Shown here piece by piece: positions 63,554-64,000 of a DNA stretch of 64,000 bases (the first letter of the stretch is position 1; every line of letters begins with the position of its first letter). Under the pieces are notes generated by a model that had not been told where the DNA came from, did no database searches, and was given only the letters and a program-made list of their open reading frames with translations. The position numbers and the translations under genes were made by a program. This stretch comes from a virus (taxonomy: Duplodnaviria > Caudoviricetes). The stretch is from positions 1 through 64,000 of IMG/VR virus record IMGVR_UViG_3300020037_001525; one strand, 5' to 3'.

Positions 63554-64000
63554 TCAAAACACAAATTCTGATAAACTTCTATCAACGACATTGTTAACGA
63601 TTGTATCATCGTCTGTATTATCGATTGCTTGCTGTGCAAGGTTATGCATCTTTATACCTTTATGTATCCATGAACTTGGGTCAGATAAAGCACTTACTGT
63701 TCTGAAACTGTTGTACGTTGATTGTTGTGCTCCGCTTGGGAATGTCTTGAGACTTCTTACAATACCTTCATATATTGAAGACTTATGAACATAAGCATCA
63801 AAGGTCTTGCCTAAATTATTTGATGTTTCTGCTCTGGTCTTCTTTTGCAGAAATTCGACTGCCAAATCCTTGAAACCTATTCCTTCATTATTTCCTTTTG
63901 TCTTCAAAATCGCATAGATTTCTGGTGGAAGAACGCCAGAAAAAATCTCATTCTCACCGATTGCTCCTGTTGTTGCCCACCTGAATGGTATGCTTATGTA
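63554..64000 (-). CDS. virion morphogenesis / head-tail connector protein, partial (5' end beyond the window)
   Basis: Frame is open to the window edge: ISIPFRWAT.GA.GE.EIFSG..P..IY; C-terminal YNSFRTVS..SDP.SWIH.G. Confidence 0.6.
   Translation of the reverse strand, partial: YISIPFRWATTGAIGENEIFSGVLPPEIYAILKTKGNNEGIGFKDLAVEFLQKKTRAETSNNLGKTFDAYVHKSSIYEGIVRSLKTFPSGAQQSTYNSFRTVSALSDPSSWIHKGIKMHNLAQQAIDNTDDDTIVNNVVDRSLSEFVF

Noticed and set aside
1-64000. CRISPR array, tRNA/rRNA genes, or diversity-generating retroelement
   Set aside because: No regularly spaced repeats, cloverleaf-sized intergenic structures, reverse transcriptase or TR/VR pair were seen by eye. tRNAscan or a repeat finder would be needed for certainty.

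Overview
The whole 64 kb reads as an internal segment of a large lytic myovirus (contractile-tailed phage). Essentially every credible gene is on the minus strand, and the plus-strand ORFs are shadows. In transcription order (right to left) the window holds seven blocks. (1) A virion-morphogenesis gene cut by the window edge. (2) An array of five paralogous, modular His/Lys-rich proteins that share a repeated domain and [LIVFM]-x-K|[ASG] motifs; these are candidate protease-processed head cargo, and one carries an AAA ATPase plus a Dps-like domain. (3) Tail terminator, sheath, tube, chaperones, tape measure, a lysozyme+CHAP baseplate hub and baseplate genes. (4) A palindrome/purine-tract junction that may be an origin. 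(5) A replication/recombination block: UvsW-like, DnaB and UvrD helicases, primase, two sigma-like factors, a thymidylate-synthase-fold enzyme with HD hydrolase and DUF1599, DnaE, SSB, UvsY-like, RecA, SbcCD and RuvC. (6) A second, detached structural cassette ending in a GH19 endolysin. (7) Small accessory genes. The strongest signal is the DNA polymerase III alpha gene. It is split by a GIY-YIG homing endonuclease, and its C-terminal half can acquire the catalytic PDID motif only if the ribosome skips a stop-containing 13-bp hairpin flanked by matched codons (24752-24794), a layout like the T4 mobA/gene 60 bypass cassette. A recurrent intergenic motif, CAGNTATWA, is a candidate phage late promoter. 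SD-less A/C-rich leaders and one promoter-like site suggest a Bacteroidota host (inference). No tRNA, rRNA, CRISPR array or reverse transcriptase was recognised. All family assignments come from motif recognition by eye, not database searches.
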